From assembly GCA_964016885.1 (NCBI GenBank), contig OZ024741.1, positions 77,748,001-77,812,000 on the forward strand: a stretch of 64,000 nucleotides of DNA, in the 5' to 3' direction. The notes beneath the pieces are model-generated. The model saw nothing but the letters and a program-made list of their open reading frames with translations. It searched no databases and was not told the origin of the DNA. This stretch comes from Eledone cirrhosa (Eukaryota). The position numbers and the translations under genes are program-made. Below are positions 1-14,057 of the stretch, in pieces; position 1 is the stretch's first letter, and every line of letters starts with the position of its first letter.

Positions 1-3000
1 TCATTCATTCTTTCATGTTTAATAAAGTCCCAGTGTAGGGTGGTGGGCTGGTAAGAATTTTGGCAAGTTCTCTGCTTTGATGTTATCGTCCTCACTTCTT
101 CACTCCATTCTCAGAGTCCCTGGAATAAGAGTCATGAGTGCTACTCTTTCTGGCTAAGCAATAAAAAAAAAAAAAAAAAGTGTCCTGCATAATGGGATTA
201 AATCAACGCCTTCTCCATTCTGTCCGCCGGGGCTGTGGGTGGGGCCCATCGCGTACCATTGTAGTTGTTGTAGAAGAAACAGGAAGACAACAACTGGAAA
301 GTTTGTTTTAGCTGGAGTTCTAAGTGATAGTGAATGTAAGTTTCCCTATTAAACATACTAACCTCCATTTAATCCCACTACAAAATCTGAGATATTGTGG
401 TTGTAAAACAAATTTAATTATCTTAACTACTTAACTGTATGCCCATATGTTAATTTATATTTACTCTTAATCCTAATTAATGATGCACTATATTATAGGA
501 GTGGAATTTTAGTAATGCCTTGTTTTCCTAATTGTCTTTGCAATAATTATTGACTTTCTAATTATCGTTTTTGTCCCATCCTCCCGTTTTTTTGTCCTAA
601 CACTTTTTTTCCCAACTTCACAAGAACACAAGGTCTAAAGTCTAAATTTTATTATAAAAAAAAATATAAACCTTTTTTCTCTTCATCATCATCTTCGTTT
701 ATCGTCCATTTTCCACGCTAGCATATGTCTCGTAATTAATATCTGCTTTGTCTGCTCTTCTACTTTGATTTATTACACACACGCAGATAAATATGTATGT
801 ACACACACGATAAATGTAATAAATATGCTATAACAATGTATATTAGAAGATTTAAGGTAAATTCAAAACAGGATAAAGGTCGTGTTGGTCTGTTAAGTGT
901 CCTTACCATAGATGCATCAACAATAGGATACCATAGTGCCAACTTTTTGACCTGCAGTTAGTCTGTTATTTATTTGACTTCCTCATCTGCCATATCTGTA
1001 GATTTTATAAATCTTGGCAACCATCCATAGCAGGCAATGACAGCTACTGGCAAAACTGGATCAATCTCTTTCCAATACTAATCTCCCTTTGATACTCTTT
1101 CTTAAACTCACTTAACTTCACATAAAATATCAACTCTTGACCCTTTATTCTCTTACCAGATGAAGAGATAGAGCAGACTTATATCTGTCCCTGACTATAA
1201 ATCAACTGAACTAGGAAACAGTCTTCCTTCCTGTAGTCATCCAATCAGTCATCCAACTTTTCTTAGGACTTCTCGCCTTCACTATCCAAACTACTAGCCA
1301 CACTTGAGTTTTTTTATCCTGGTTTTCTTCAAATAAAAATTTTAATTTAGCATTGCAAGTTAATGGCAACAGTGGGAAAATGGACTACTGAATATGGAAA
1401 ATTTGTTGAATCTGGAGAAAAATCAGGTGTGGGGGGTCAGTTGGATGTGTAATGATATGCTGAGAGAGCAGCTAAGTTTTAAAATCAGCTGCTTATTTAT
1501 AGAGGAATATGATTCTATTGGTGTAGATGTATGGGATGGTGAGTAATGGGTGAAAAAGTATTTTGGGGGATTGTATTCATGAAGCAACAGCCCAATTTAA
1601 TCACATAGGATATTTCTTGTACAGGAGATGAAATTACACATGTCAGTGTATCAGCAGGTTATAAAGGTTGTTGACTTGCAATTTATACAGGCATCAAATA
1701 GTATGACAGCAAGGTGAAAGCCTGTACATTAGTGTATATGGTATTCACCAGGACCAATTGGGTCAATCTGTAGATGGACATGCTGACTATTAAGCCAACA
1801 ACAGAGCCTCTCCACTGTCACTTCATCTGCTAGAAACAACAGTCAAATATTCCTCAAATCACATCTTACCATCTTAAAAAAAAGAGAACCCATCAGATAA
1901 CTAGATATTATTGGATGGTCATCGTTGGCATGCTTTTGATCATAGGCCTGCTTCATCAGGGTACAACCAGGGCTAAACAACAACCACATGGTAACTGTAA
2001 TCTTGCAAGTGGGTATTCCAGACATTTGTACTCAAAACAATCTTCTTGCTGAATCATTGTGAAACTGACAGTATTAGACTTGTTAAATTATCACTACAGT
2101 CCATGGAACAGGATTCCACACAAGTTTCCAATCTACTCAATTTTACTCATAGAACTGGGTTCAATCCACAGTTATGATAGAAGAAAGGCATTTGTGCACG
2201 ATATTTTGCAATGAGGTTAGGACAAGAAATTTTGTGATTGAGAAACAGATATATACACAAATGTTGAACCACTAAAAATATTATTAGGATGTGGTTAGTA
2301 TATTGGTTAAAACAAATTTTAAAAAATTAATCTGTGTACAAGTAATAAGATTCTGGTGAATTGAGTCTGCATACCTAAGTTCAAATTAGAAGTCTGTAAA
2401 TCCCCTTTAACCTCAGAATTCAATAGTCACTTAATAACCTTATGATGGATAATTCTGCTCTTGAAAGGTCAAGCTGTTTATGGCACAATTGCAAGAGGTG
2501 CAGTTGTATGGGGTTATGTATACAGAAGAGGGAAAGTTTGGTGAGGTGGACTTCCTACATATCCTATTTTCTATTGAGTTTAGTACAAGCAAAACACAGT
2601 TACATGTACACATGCATGCAAGCTCACACCTACCTACATATGCATACACATTTGTACTGGCTTTAGTCAGCTGTGGTGCCACTGTTAATTATCATCATCA
2701 TTATTTAATGTCTGTTTCCTTGCTAGTAAGGTTTGGACAGATCACCACAGACAGTACTCAAAGCGGAGCTACTGACCTCTCAAATGAGCCAAGGCCCTGT
2801 ATCTCGTTTGCTGTACTGGGGGCCCACATCTCACTTAGAAAATGTTCCTGCGGTGTACCAGTGAATTTTATAGTAGCCTTTTAATATTAGGGAGGGTGTA
2901 TCATGTCTTTGACACAACTGAAGAGTCTTCCTGACCTTTTGTTTGGCATTTTTCTACAGCTAGATGCCCTTCTTATCACCGAATTTACAAAATAGGCTAG

Positions 3001-3657
3001 GTACGTTTATCGTGAAAATTACCAACACTAGGGAGGCTGTCTTTGACACAGCGGAAGAGTCCTCCTGATCTTTTGTTTGGCAAGCTTTTTACAGCTAGAT
3101 GCCCTTCCCTATCATCAACCACTTTACAGAGTATACTAGGTCCGTTTATCATGTAAAACACCAACACTAAAAGAGTTGTCATCATGTCTTTGACACATCT
3201 GTAGAATCAATGAGGGAATTTCTACCTTGTCATTTAACCTGATAGAAATAATTACTAAATTGCACTCAAATCACACCATGCTGTTTTAAAAAGGAAAGGA
3301 CACATTAGATAATGTCCTGGATGCACTATGTCTGCATAAAAGATGAGATGACCAGAGAATGGCTCAATTATGGGGCTAAACAACAACCATAATTTGTGTA
3401 TTGTTAATGTAGTTTACGTTGTATTAACTTTATCTTCTCTTCATTTTAATTATATTTCTGGTTGTCTTAATTCTTTAACTTTACTACTAATGCATCACTG
3501 TGCTTGTGTGTGTGTGCCTTTTTGTCCAAGCTGTGTGTGTGTTTCTATTCATCCAGTCTGTAATGTGTATATCTTTCAGTCTGTAATGTTATACAATCAC
3601 TTAATGTTCAAATGGTATAATGTCTGACAGTTAACCTTCTATTCTTATATATATATA

Positions 3658-4110
3658 TCATCATCATCATCGTTTAACGTCTATCTTCCATGCTAGCATG
3701 GGTTAAACAGGAGTTGTCCACTTGAAGCAAGATTGGTCGGGTGACCGTATCTCGCTCGTATAGGACTATCTGGCAGATTTTCTACGGCTGGATCCCCTTC
3801 CTAACACCAACCACATTTACAGTGTGGACTGGGAACCTTTTACCGTGTTACGTACAAGGCCACATTACACCGTGGACTGTGTGTTTTTTTGTTGTGACAC
3901 ACACCTACACGATCTCATTAGTTTGAACTGGATGTTGTGGTACCAACATAACTTTATAGAGAAGGGGTGGTGTTGGCGGGAGTGGGAAGATGGAGTGGGG
4001 TAGTGGGTTGGGGTATGTTTGGTTTGGAGGGGACTACTGATTGTAGGCTAACTTTGCACGTAGGGAAGGCAGGTCTTCTGTAATACTGCGTGCCGCCAGA
4101 GATCTCGATA
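3658..4110 (-). mobile_element. RTE 3'-UTR-only copy
   Basis: (ATC)n-GTTTAACGT tail after (TA)n; matches the UTRs at 7340-7792 and 37850-38270. Confidence 0.85.
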
Positions 4111-5541
4111 TTATATATATATATATATATAAATAACGCACAGCTCCATGGCATAACATCATCATCATTTATTTCAGTGAAGAACTGTTTATTTTAAAGG
4201 CACATACTTGAGGATGTTCAAAGCTATTGATACGCACACATATATATGCATATACACATGTATACATGAATATACACACATTTACTTATATGCATGCACA
4301 CATATATTCATTGACAGACATGTATTCATGTACTTGTACACAAGCACATATACTTACACTCTCTCGTTTTCTGTAAGATTAAGGACTTTAAAGAACATCT
4401 GTTTGAATTTGCAGGTAGATGTTGCTATATTTGTCCAGATCTTCTTGAGTGTTTCAGGTTCTCCTAGCTGTCTGTTTACATTGCTGATACTTATGTACAA
4501 TTAAAGAAAAAGGGATCTTGATAAACAGCAACAAGATTTTCGTTCAGTAGAAAAGAACAACATCACTGGGTGCTTTGATGTATTTTTGTACCTGAGTTTG
4601 AGGTCTTGTGGTTTTTGGTTCAAAGTATGATTAGGGTAAATAAAGCCCCTGAGTTTTAATATGAAGTTCATGAGTTTTGATATGTTTTTATGTTGTAGAG
4701 AGAAAATGAATCTAATGTTTAAGGACTAACCTTCTGTTTGAGAGAAAAGAGATTTTTCAACTTAATGGTATTGAATTGAGCACTTCTTTTCATTTCTTTA
4801 GTATTAATGATGTGTTTAAAAGTTGAATCTTTTCATACTCTGCTATACTTTGTGGTGAATGGAAGCAGGTTAACCTATATGGTCAAGAGTGTTTCAGTCT
4901 TTTGTGACTGTAAAGTGCAATTTAAGGGAGATTTAACTTTTTCTAGAAAGCCATGTGTACATATAGAGTATAGAGTACTTCTTGTTGGCTCATGAGGATC
5001 CGTTGTACACACTATGCAAATTTTGTTCCATGCAGAAAAAGTGCTGCAACAAAGAGAACCCCAAAGCTCCATTACTTTGGTATTAAGATTAAAATAAATA
5101 ATGTTTTTAGACATAGAACACAGAGCAACAATTGATTATATGACAAAGACTTGATTCTAGCTAGCTTTGAACTCAAATGGATGAACCTAAATACTGCAAT
5201 ACTTTAGAGACAGTAACAATCTGATACAGGAGAATCAGCACAAGCATTAGAGCATTGGAAAAAATTCTTTGATTATTTATTCTGGCTGTTTGTGTTCTAA
5301 TTATATATATATTTTTTCATTCATTTAATTTATTAATTTATTGATATTTTATTTGAGTGATCCGAATCTTCCTGGTCGTTCTTTTTCGGCTGCACGGGTG
5401 ATTTTAGGCATGATCTCTGTGTGTCGGTATTTTAACGATAGTTATAGCTCTGGTTTATCCAAACTATTGAGCCCTCTACCACACATGTCGAATATTGTTT
5501 ATTGTGATTTCGTGGGCCGATATTCCGATTCTCGATCATTC

Positions 5542-5585
<44 letters not shown>

Positions 5586-5990
5586 GTATAAAAATATAGT
5601 CGTTTTGGAAGCCTCAATAATGCAGATGGGTAAATCTCCGGGTAACAAGATCAGGTGGTATTGAGAGAGAGATGTAAAAGGAAGCATAGAAAGAGACGTA
5701 GAGAGCGTAAAAGAACGTAGGAAAAGTGTAAAAAATAATAACACGAGATAGTTACCTTGGAAGTGATTTAATAGTCCCTATATTTCGGATTTTACATCCA
5801 CCAACGGGTGTTTTTCTGAGGGGAAAGAGTTGTCGGAGAAGGACATGTTGCTTTCGTTGTTTACCGTGTGTGTACAAGTGAAATACTCTATTGGGCCCGT
5901 GTGCATGCAGAATTGCTGTCGTCAGATGAAGTTCGCAGCAGCTCTTCTATACTAGAGTAGTGGGGGGGGGGATTTGTGTGTACATATCAT

Positions 5991-6043
<53 letters not shown>

Positions 6044-6223
6044 GACATACACACATTTGTGTCATGTGTGGGTGGTCAGTCATCCAGATGATAAGGGAGG
6101 TCTGTGGCATTGTTCTGTGTGTGCAAGATGAGGTAGTGGGAACACAGTGGTTGAAAGTGGAACACATGAGCACATGGATAAGTGTAGTGAGTTCTGTTGG
6201 GAAGCTAGAACATTTGTAGAATT

Positions 6224-7792
6224 TGGGCTCTTAGAAAACTAGGTGTAGATGAATGGCTTGTGAGAGCTATACAAGCTATGTATAAAGAAACAGTCAGTAA
6301 GGTTAGAATTAATGAATATCGTGAAGAATTTTGTGTAAAAGTTGGTGTTCACCAAGGCTCTGTCCTTAGCCCCCTCCTATTTATTATTGCCCTTCAGGCT
6401 ATAACAGAGGAGTTTAAGACCGGCTGCCCATGGGAACTCCTATACGCAGATGATCTAACTCTCATAGCTGAATCTATGGCTGAACTAGAGAAGAAATTCC
6501 AAACATGGAAGAATGGCCTAGAATCAAAAGGCCTTAAAGTTAACTTGTCTAAGACTAAAGTTCTAGTTTGTAGAAACGAAAATAGGGCACAGGTGCTCAC
6601 TAGGAAATGGCCATGCTCAGTGTGTAGGAAAGGAGTAGGCAGAAATTCCATTTTATGTCCCAAATGCAAACTATGGGTACATAAAGATGTAGTGGGATCA
6701 CAGGTAAACTATCTAAGAACGTAGATTTTATATGTGGCCGATGCTCAGGTGCAATAAGTAGCAAGTGCCCACAGGATACTAGCTCCTTCTATTGCCCAGA
6801 TGGTTCTATAGAAATAGTAGACACTTTCCGTTACTACCTGGGTAACAAAATCAGCAGTGGTGGAGGGTGCTCTGAAAGTACAGTAGCCAGAGTCAGAACG
6901 GGATGGAAAAAGTTCAGAGCTTATACCGCTGTTGGCCACAAAAGGTTTCTCTCTACAATTGAAAGGCAGATTGTATGATGCCTGTATACGAACAGCAATG
7001 CTACATGGCAGTGAGACATGGGCATTGAGTGCAGAGGACCTGCGTAGATTGGAAAGGAATGGAGCATGCATGCTCCATTGGATGTGTAATAGTAATATAC
7101 GTGAACGGCAAAGCATAAAACGAACTAAGTGAGAAATTAGGAATAAGAGGATCAGATGTTGTTTACTTGAGAGAAGACTACGTTGGTATGGTCACGTGAT
7201 GCACATGAAAGACAGCGGTATAAAAAAGTACAGGGCGATCAAAATTGATGGTAGTTATGGAGTAGGTAGACCCAGAAAAACCTGGGACGATCTGATAAAT
7301 TCCGATCTTACACACTTGCACCTCTCTAAGACAATGTCACTGGACCGAGATCTACGCAGTAATACAGAAGACCCGCTTTGCCTATGTACAAAGCGAAACC
7401 TACAGTCAGTAGGCACCTCTTAACCAAATATACACCCCAATCCACTACCCCTACTCCACCCTCCCACTCCCACCAACACCACCCTTTCTCTGTAAAGTTG
7501 GTACCACAACATCCAGTCTAAATTAATGAGATAATGAGATCGAGATCATGTAGGTGTCACAACAAAAAATCACAGTCCACGCTGTAATGTGGTCGTGTAG
7601 GTGACACGGTAAAAAGTTCCCACTCCACACTGTAAATGTGGTTGGTGTGAGGAAGGGCATCCAGCCGTAGAAAACCTGCCAGATAGTTCTATATGAACGA
7701 GACATGGTCACCCGACCAACCTTGCCTCAAGTGGGACAACTCCCGTCTAACCCATGCTAACGTGGAAGATGGACATTAAACGATGATGATGA
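6224..7792 (+). mobile_element. Degenerate 5'-truncated RTE LINE (similar to 36161-38270)
   Basis: RT fragments at 6260-6724, 6932-7132 and 7196-7423; 3' UTR and (GAT)n tail. Confidence 0.92.
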
Positions 7793-9606
7793 TTTTGTGT
7801 GCATGTTTGTGGACATATGTCTGTATAAATGTTTCAGCAAGTCCCTGGTCCATTTATTAAATATATAAGGAAAAAGATGTCTATATAGAAGGACAATAAA
7901 AGTAAAAGAGACAAATCATTCTATTCTAGAAGATTTAATTTAAAAATTCTATTCTAATTGAATTCTGAAAGAAATAACAAATTCTTTTCATGGTCAATCC
8001 AATGAACGTTTTTCTCCTAAACTCTCCCATGCTCACCTGTTTTTTCTCACACATGCCACTTGCTTCTACTCTTTCATTCATGTGTTCCCACACTCACTTG
8101 CTTACACCCATATCCACTTTCATGTTTGCTTCCTTCCACTCTCATGTTCATTCTTTCTCATCTATTCTAATGTGCTTTCTGGCACACTCACCTTTGTTGC
8201 ACATGAATTTTGTTGCTCTCACCTACACATGCACTCTGTTGTACACTCAACTGCTCATATTTTGATAAACTCACTTACTTACATGCATGCATATACGTTG
8301 ATACTCACCTGCAAACTACTTTATTACAACACACACACACACACACTTTCACATTAGTACATTCATCTGCACTTGTACCTTCAAACTCACCTGCATGTGC
8401 AGTTTTACATTCACACTCAGTTGCACTTACACTTTCTGACTAGTATGCGCTTCTCTCCTAACTTTCGCACACATTTCCTTTAACTAACACGCGCGCACAC
8501 ACACACATTCACACTCACACTCTCTCTCTCTCTCTAATATAATTTGTACTTTCAATTGTCTCTCTATATCTTTCCCTTTTTCTCAATTGTATATTGGTAA
8601 ATTGCAAAAAAAAAAAAAATCAAACAAAACAACAATAATCTATTTGTTGCTTAACATTTCATTGTCATTAATTTTGTTAAGGAAAAAAAAAATTTCTCAA
8701 TCATGTGGGTATTTAATTATAAGTGGGATCCTTACATTTTGTTTAAGTTTGCTGTCCAAAAATTTAAATACTACCAAAACAGCTTTTAAAATGTGTGTGC
8801 ATGTTTTTTTTTAAAGCTTGTCTTTTTTTGTGGGGTGAGGGGTGGGGATGTGACAAGGAACTGTGAAAATGAAAATCTTGTTTGCTTTGTTGTTTTTCTT
8901 TTTTCCTTCTGTTAATTCAGCCAAAATATTTAAAGTTCTCCATAAGAAAATTCTGCGAAAAGCATTCTCTAGATTTTCTTCCTTCCTTAACAGAGTTCCT
9001 ATCGTGTTGGATTGTCCAGTACGTCTAGTTGGTTATCGCAGTGAAAGGTATGGATAAGTAGTTACATCTGACGCATGAGAATTTCCCTGATCATTTTTAT
9101 TATTATTATCGCTATTATTTTTATCATCTTCATAAGTATTATTATTATTTATGATTATTGTTAATTTAATTTTTTTTTGTCAGGTTATCTTTTTAAGTCT
9201 TCCTTCATTTGTTTTATTTGAGTCATTGACATTTTTTAGTTCCGTCTCAAAGTTCTATAATCCTTTTTTTACCATGTTATTATTTATGTTCTCTTCAATT
9301 TCCTTTCATCATGTTTGAATTCCATGCATATATAAATATATAATCTATATATACATGTTTATACATATGCAAATATATATATTATATATATAAAAGTATA
9401 TACCCATACACATATATCTTTGTATATATGTATATATGAGCATACACACACACACACACCCATACATGCACATGTATGTGTATGTATTTATGTATGTTAA
9501 ACTCTTGGTGTTTGTTTTTCTAACCGTGTAATTTTGCTTTACTTTATCTTTTTTTTTTTTTTTTTTTTTTGCATGCTATATATATATATATACACACGCA
9601 CACACA

Positions 9607-9682
9607 CAGGGTGTCCGCAAAGTCACTAGACAATTTTATATAAGTATATATAAAAATTCCTAGTGACTTTACGGACACCCTG
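9607..9682. mobile_element. 76-bp Tc1/mariner-type MITE (near-palindrome)
   Basis: CAGGGTGTCCGCAAAGTCACTAG...CTAGTGACTTTACGGACACCCTG followed by TA. Confidence 0.8.
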
Positions 9683-9885
9683 TATATACATATGTATACT
9701 TATTTAACTGATTTTTTTCTGGTGAAAGCATGTTGGCTGTAGAACAAAATCAGAATCTAGAGTTTCAGTCCAGAAATTCAACTTTTAATAAAATATCGCA
9801 TCAGTTTGAATTGGTTTTCCATTTTGTTTGCCAATGGATCCCTTGATAACATTTGAGCCTTGTTGCTTTCTCCCTTTTCTACAAA

Positions 9886-9926
<41 letters not shown>

Positions 9927-10296
9927 TAGCAGGGAAAGTGGGCGTTAAAATGACAGTGATATATATATATACATACATATATCTATTCTTTATTATGGCT
10001 AAGTGGTAAGTCGTGTCACTCTGGAGTTTCACCTGTGTACTTACAGAATCACCAGACAATACAATATATATATAAAACAGTATGTTATTTTAAGGCTACG
10101 ACTATGCAAAATGGATGGGAGATTTCAGAATAAATTGAAGGCAACAAGAATGTTGGTGCATCACCTGTTATTTTTACCTTTATTCCGAAATCTACCATCC
10201 ATTTTGCATTGCCATACCCTTCAAATAACCTGCTGTTTTATACACTATCACAATGCTCCAAGCAAATTACAATATCCTCTTCTCTCTCTCTCTCTC

Positions 10297-10330
<34 letters not shown>

Positions 10331-10339
10331 CACATATAG

Positions 10340-11310
10340 CTCCTTCAATGCCTAAAGGCTTTGTAGAAGTAGTAGTTGATAGTTTCTGTTACCTGGGTGA
10401 CCAAACTAGCAGTGGAGGGGAGTGTTCAGAAAGCATATTGGCCAGAGTAAGAACGGGATGAAGAAAGTTCAGGAAGCTACTGAACAGCAATGTTGCATGG
10501 AAGTGAGAACTTGTGATGTATACTGAAGACTTATGAAGATTAGAAAGAAATTAAGTTTCCATGCTTTGATGGATGTGTAATAATATACATGAACTGTAAA
10601 GCATAAATGAACTGAGAGAGAAACTGGGCATAAGAGGTAGTGTGCAGGAGAGGAGATTGTGTCAGTGTGGAATGTGATGCATATGAAGGATGACAGCTGC
10701 ATAAAAAGGTGCAGGGGGACTCAGTTGAAGGCAGCTATGGAGTAGGCAGACTTGGGATGAGGTGATAAAAGCTGACCTTGCACAATTACACCTCAAAGGC
10801 AGGACTAAGATCTCTGGCGTTATGCAGTAGTACAGAAGACACGCCTGCCCATGTGCACGGGTTGAAGCATACATCTAGTATGTATCATCTTCCCCTCCAT
10901 CACCCCCACATTATAACACCCCACTCACATTATAACACTCCACCTACATCATACCCCCCCCCTCTCTCACCCACACTGCTAGATTACCTCCCCCATTTAA
11001 ATCCCTTGTTGACACTGTAAAGTGGTCATTTGGGGCCATGACAAAAAGTGCTCAGTTCACACTGTAAAGTGGTCATGTTGGTGATACAACAAAAAGTGCC
11101 CAGCCCACGCTGTAAAGTGGTGTAGGTGTCACAACAAAAAGCACCCAGTACACACTGTAAACATGGTTGGCATTAGGAAGGGCATCCAGCCATAGAAACC
11201 AAGCCTAAATCAGTCATGTATGACCAAGACATGGTCATCTGACCTGGCATGTCTCATAATGGGACAACTCGTCTGACGTAGAAAATGGACGTTAAACGGT
11301 GATGATGATG
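10340..11310 (+). mobile_element. Degenerate RTE 3' fragment with 3' UTR, tail-to-tail with 11311-13900
   Basis: [22 protein letters not shown]; tandem CACACTGTAAAGTGG UTR units; GGACGTTAAACGGTGATGATG tail. Confidence 0.85.
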
Positions 11311-13900
11311 ATCATCATCATCATCGTTTTACGTCCGCTTTTCCCTGCTTGCAAGGGGTGGGACGGGTCTTATTCAGCACAGCATCTCTCCACTCGTTAC
11401 GGTCCTTCGTCATCTCCACCGTGAGCTTCAATGATCTGAGGTCTGTTCTCACCACCTCCGCCCATGTTTTTCGTGGTCTACCTCTACCACGTCTTCCTTC
11501 AACTGGCATTTCCTGGCACTTCTTCACCCATCGGTCATCCTCCATGCGCATCACATGTCCATACCACCTCAGTCTCCTCTCCCGTACGCTACATTCTATC
11601 CCTCTCAGACACAGTTTCTCTCTGAACACATTTATGCTGGGTCGTTCACGCACATTTACACTGCACATCCAACGGAGAACCAGATCGTCAGCATAGAGAA
11701 GTTCCCATGGACAGCCAGTCTTAAACTCCTCTGTTATGGCTTGGAGGACTATAATGAACAAGAGCGGGCTGAGGACCGAACCCTGTTGTACTCCTACTTG
11801 TACCTGAATTCCTTACTAAACTCCATTCCTACCCTGACTTTACTGAGAGTACCTCTGTACAAAGTTTGCACTGTCCTCACAAGCCATTCCTCAACACCTA
11901 GCTTCCTTAGGGACCACCAGATGACAGATCGGGGTACCCTATCAAAGGCCTTCTCTAGGTCAACAAAGGCTAAGTATAGTGGCTTATTCTTCTCTAAGAA
12001 CCTCTCTTGCATTTGTCTCACCAAGAAGAGGGCATCTGTTGTACTCTTCCCAGGCACAAAACCAACTGCATCTCATCTAGTTTGACCCTTTCTCTAATTA
12101 GTTGTGCTAATATCCTTTCTGCCACTTTCATAACCTGATCTATCAGTTTTATACCCCTATAATTGCTCCTCTCCAGAGCATCCCCTTTACCTTTGTAGCA
12201 ATTTATGAGAATACTGCTGCACCAGTCTTTGGGTATGACACCACCATATGTAGCCTGATTGATGATGCGTGCAACCAGTTTAGTGCCTACGTCCCCTGAT
12301 GCCTTCAGCATCTCAGCAACTATTCCCGATGGTCCGGCAGCCTTACCATTTTTCATTTCCCTAATCGCCTCTTGGACCCTATATTCGTCAATCTCAATAG
12401 CTGGTCCCTCTGTCGGATCTACCAAGGGTAATTTCTCTCTCTCCCATTTGTTCTCCACATTCATCAGTCTCTCATAATGATATTTCCAGGCCTCCTTTTT
12501 CTGATTATTCGTGACACTAAGTACAACGGCATCATCCCGGACACATTTATCTCCAACAACATCCTGATTTGCATTGACACACTGCCTTGCAATGTGGAAC
12601 ACCGCACGCCTCTGATCTTCCCGTCGCAGAACATTGGCAAACCTCCTACTCTCCGCCTCCCTGCGTGCTAAGTACACCTGACGTCTAGCTTCTCTCTTAG
12701 TGGCTGTATATTCTTCCCTACTCCCACCCTTTTTCCAAGCCTTCTATGCTAGTCTTTTGTCTCTAATGGCCTTATCTACTGTGCTGTTCCACCACCAGGT
12801 CACTCTCTGTCTGGTTGGAGCTCTGCTCCAGCCACAAGTTTCATCAGTAGCCTGCAGCAAGTTGTCACGTAAGAAATTCCAGTTATTATCTATGTCATAC
12901 GTCTCTAAATCGTCTTCTTTTTCGTCATATACATCTTGAAGGGCCTTCCTAAATTTGTATTTTAGTGAAAGGTCTTTTAGCTTCCAGACCTTTCTTCTCC
13001 ACACCTTCCTATATGTCTCATTCCATCTCTTGCTTACTGAGATATCACTAACAACTAACCTATGCTGTGGGGTACATTCTTCCCCAGGGTATGCCTTGGT
13101 ATTAGACACTATCTACCTGTCCCGCTGCCTAACTAGTAAGAAGTCAATCTGGCTTATGTGCTCACCAGATTTGTAGGTTATTAGGTGATTGGCAGGTTTC
13201 TGGAAGTTTGTGTTGCAAATAGTCAATGTACCTGCATCACAAAATTCAAGAAGTCTCACTCCTTCTTCATTTCTTGAACCGTAACCGTGCCCACCATGTA
13301 CCCCAGTGTAACCATCCTGGAGCTGTTCAACATGACCATTGAAGTCTCCTGCTAGCATAACGATGTCTCTGTCCTCTGTCATTGCGGTTGTTTGTAAAAG
13401 TTGCTCGTAAAAGCAGTTTTTCTCATCTTTGCCTAGGCCTGCTTGGGGAGCATAGGCCGAGATAATTGTCAGTAGTCTCCTGCCTACAACTAATCTAAGC
13501 TTAATTATTCGATTACTAACTCGAACCACCTCTATTGTCTTATTGATCCATTTCTCAGCCAGGAAAATGCCTACTCCCCCTAACCCATCATCCTTACCAA
13601 CCCAGAATAGCTTATAGCTAAGACGTTTGCCTATGACTAGTCTCACAGAGGCACCTCTCCATCTCACCTCTTGCACGCAGCACACATCCACCTGCCTTCT
13701 CTGCAGCATCTCCGCTATTTCAGCAGATCTACCTCTGAGAGTGCCAACTTTGAGATGCGACGTCTTCATGTTTTGTTGTTGTTCCTATTTGTTGCTGTGC
13801 TGATAAGCGTTTTGGCATTGATACACTGGTTGGATGCCCTTCCTAACACCAGCACCACTTTACAGCATGGACTGGGTGCTTTTATTTGTGCCACCAGCAC
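11311..13900 (-). mobile_element. Near full-length RTE LINE (AP endonuclease + RT), with stops/frameshifts and an internal deletion
   Basis: APE motifs in 13113-13769 (VQEVRW, SAYAPQ, GDFNGH, QIDFLL); RT pieces at 12018-12677, 11794-12057 and 11321-11761. The ORF runs almost to the (GAT)n tail. A putative 5' UTR carries GGAAGGGCATCC. Confidence 0.9.
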
Positions 13901-13997
13901 TAGAGAGGATGTCTTACTAGACTCAAGGGCCCTCTCTACCCCTCCATTTTACAGCATGGTCATTAAAAAAAAAACCAAAAAAAAACTTATTGACACA

Positions 13998-14057
<60 letters not shown>

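Noticed and set aside
181-335. GC-richer patch ending in a GTAAGT donor at 336, a possible first exon
   Set aside because: No recognisable protein, the ATG frame stops before the donor, and the open frame's phase does not fit downstream exons. It could be UTR but cannot be supported.
2440-2884. Overlapping 74-134 aa ORFs
   Set aside because: No recognisable domain or splice structure, and they run into repeat remnants.
4370-5000. Possible Penelope RT/GIY-YIG remnant
   Set aside because: Too decayed to identify catalytic motifs with confidence.
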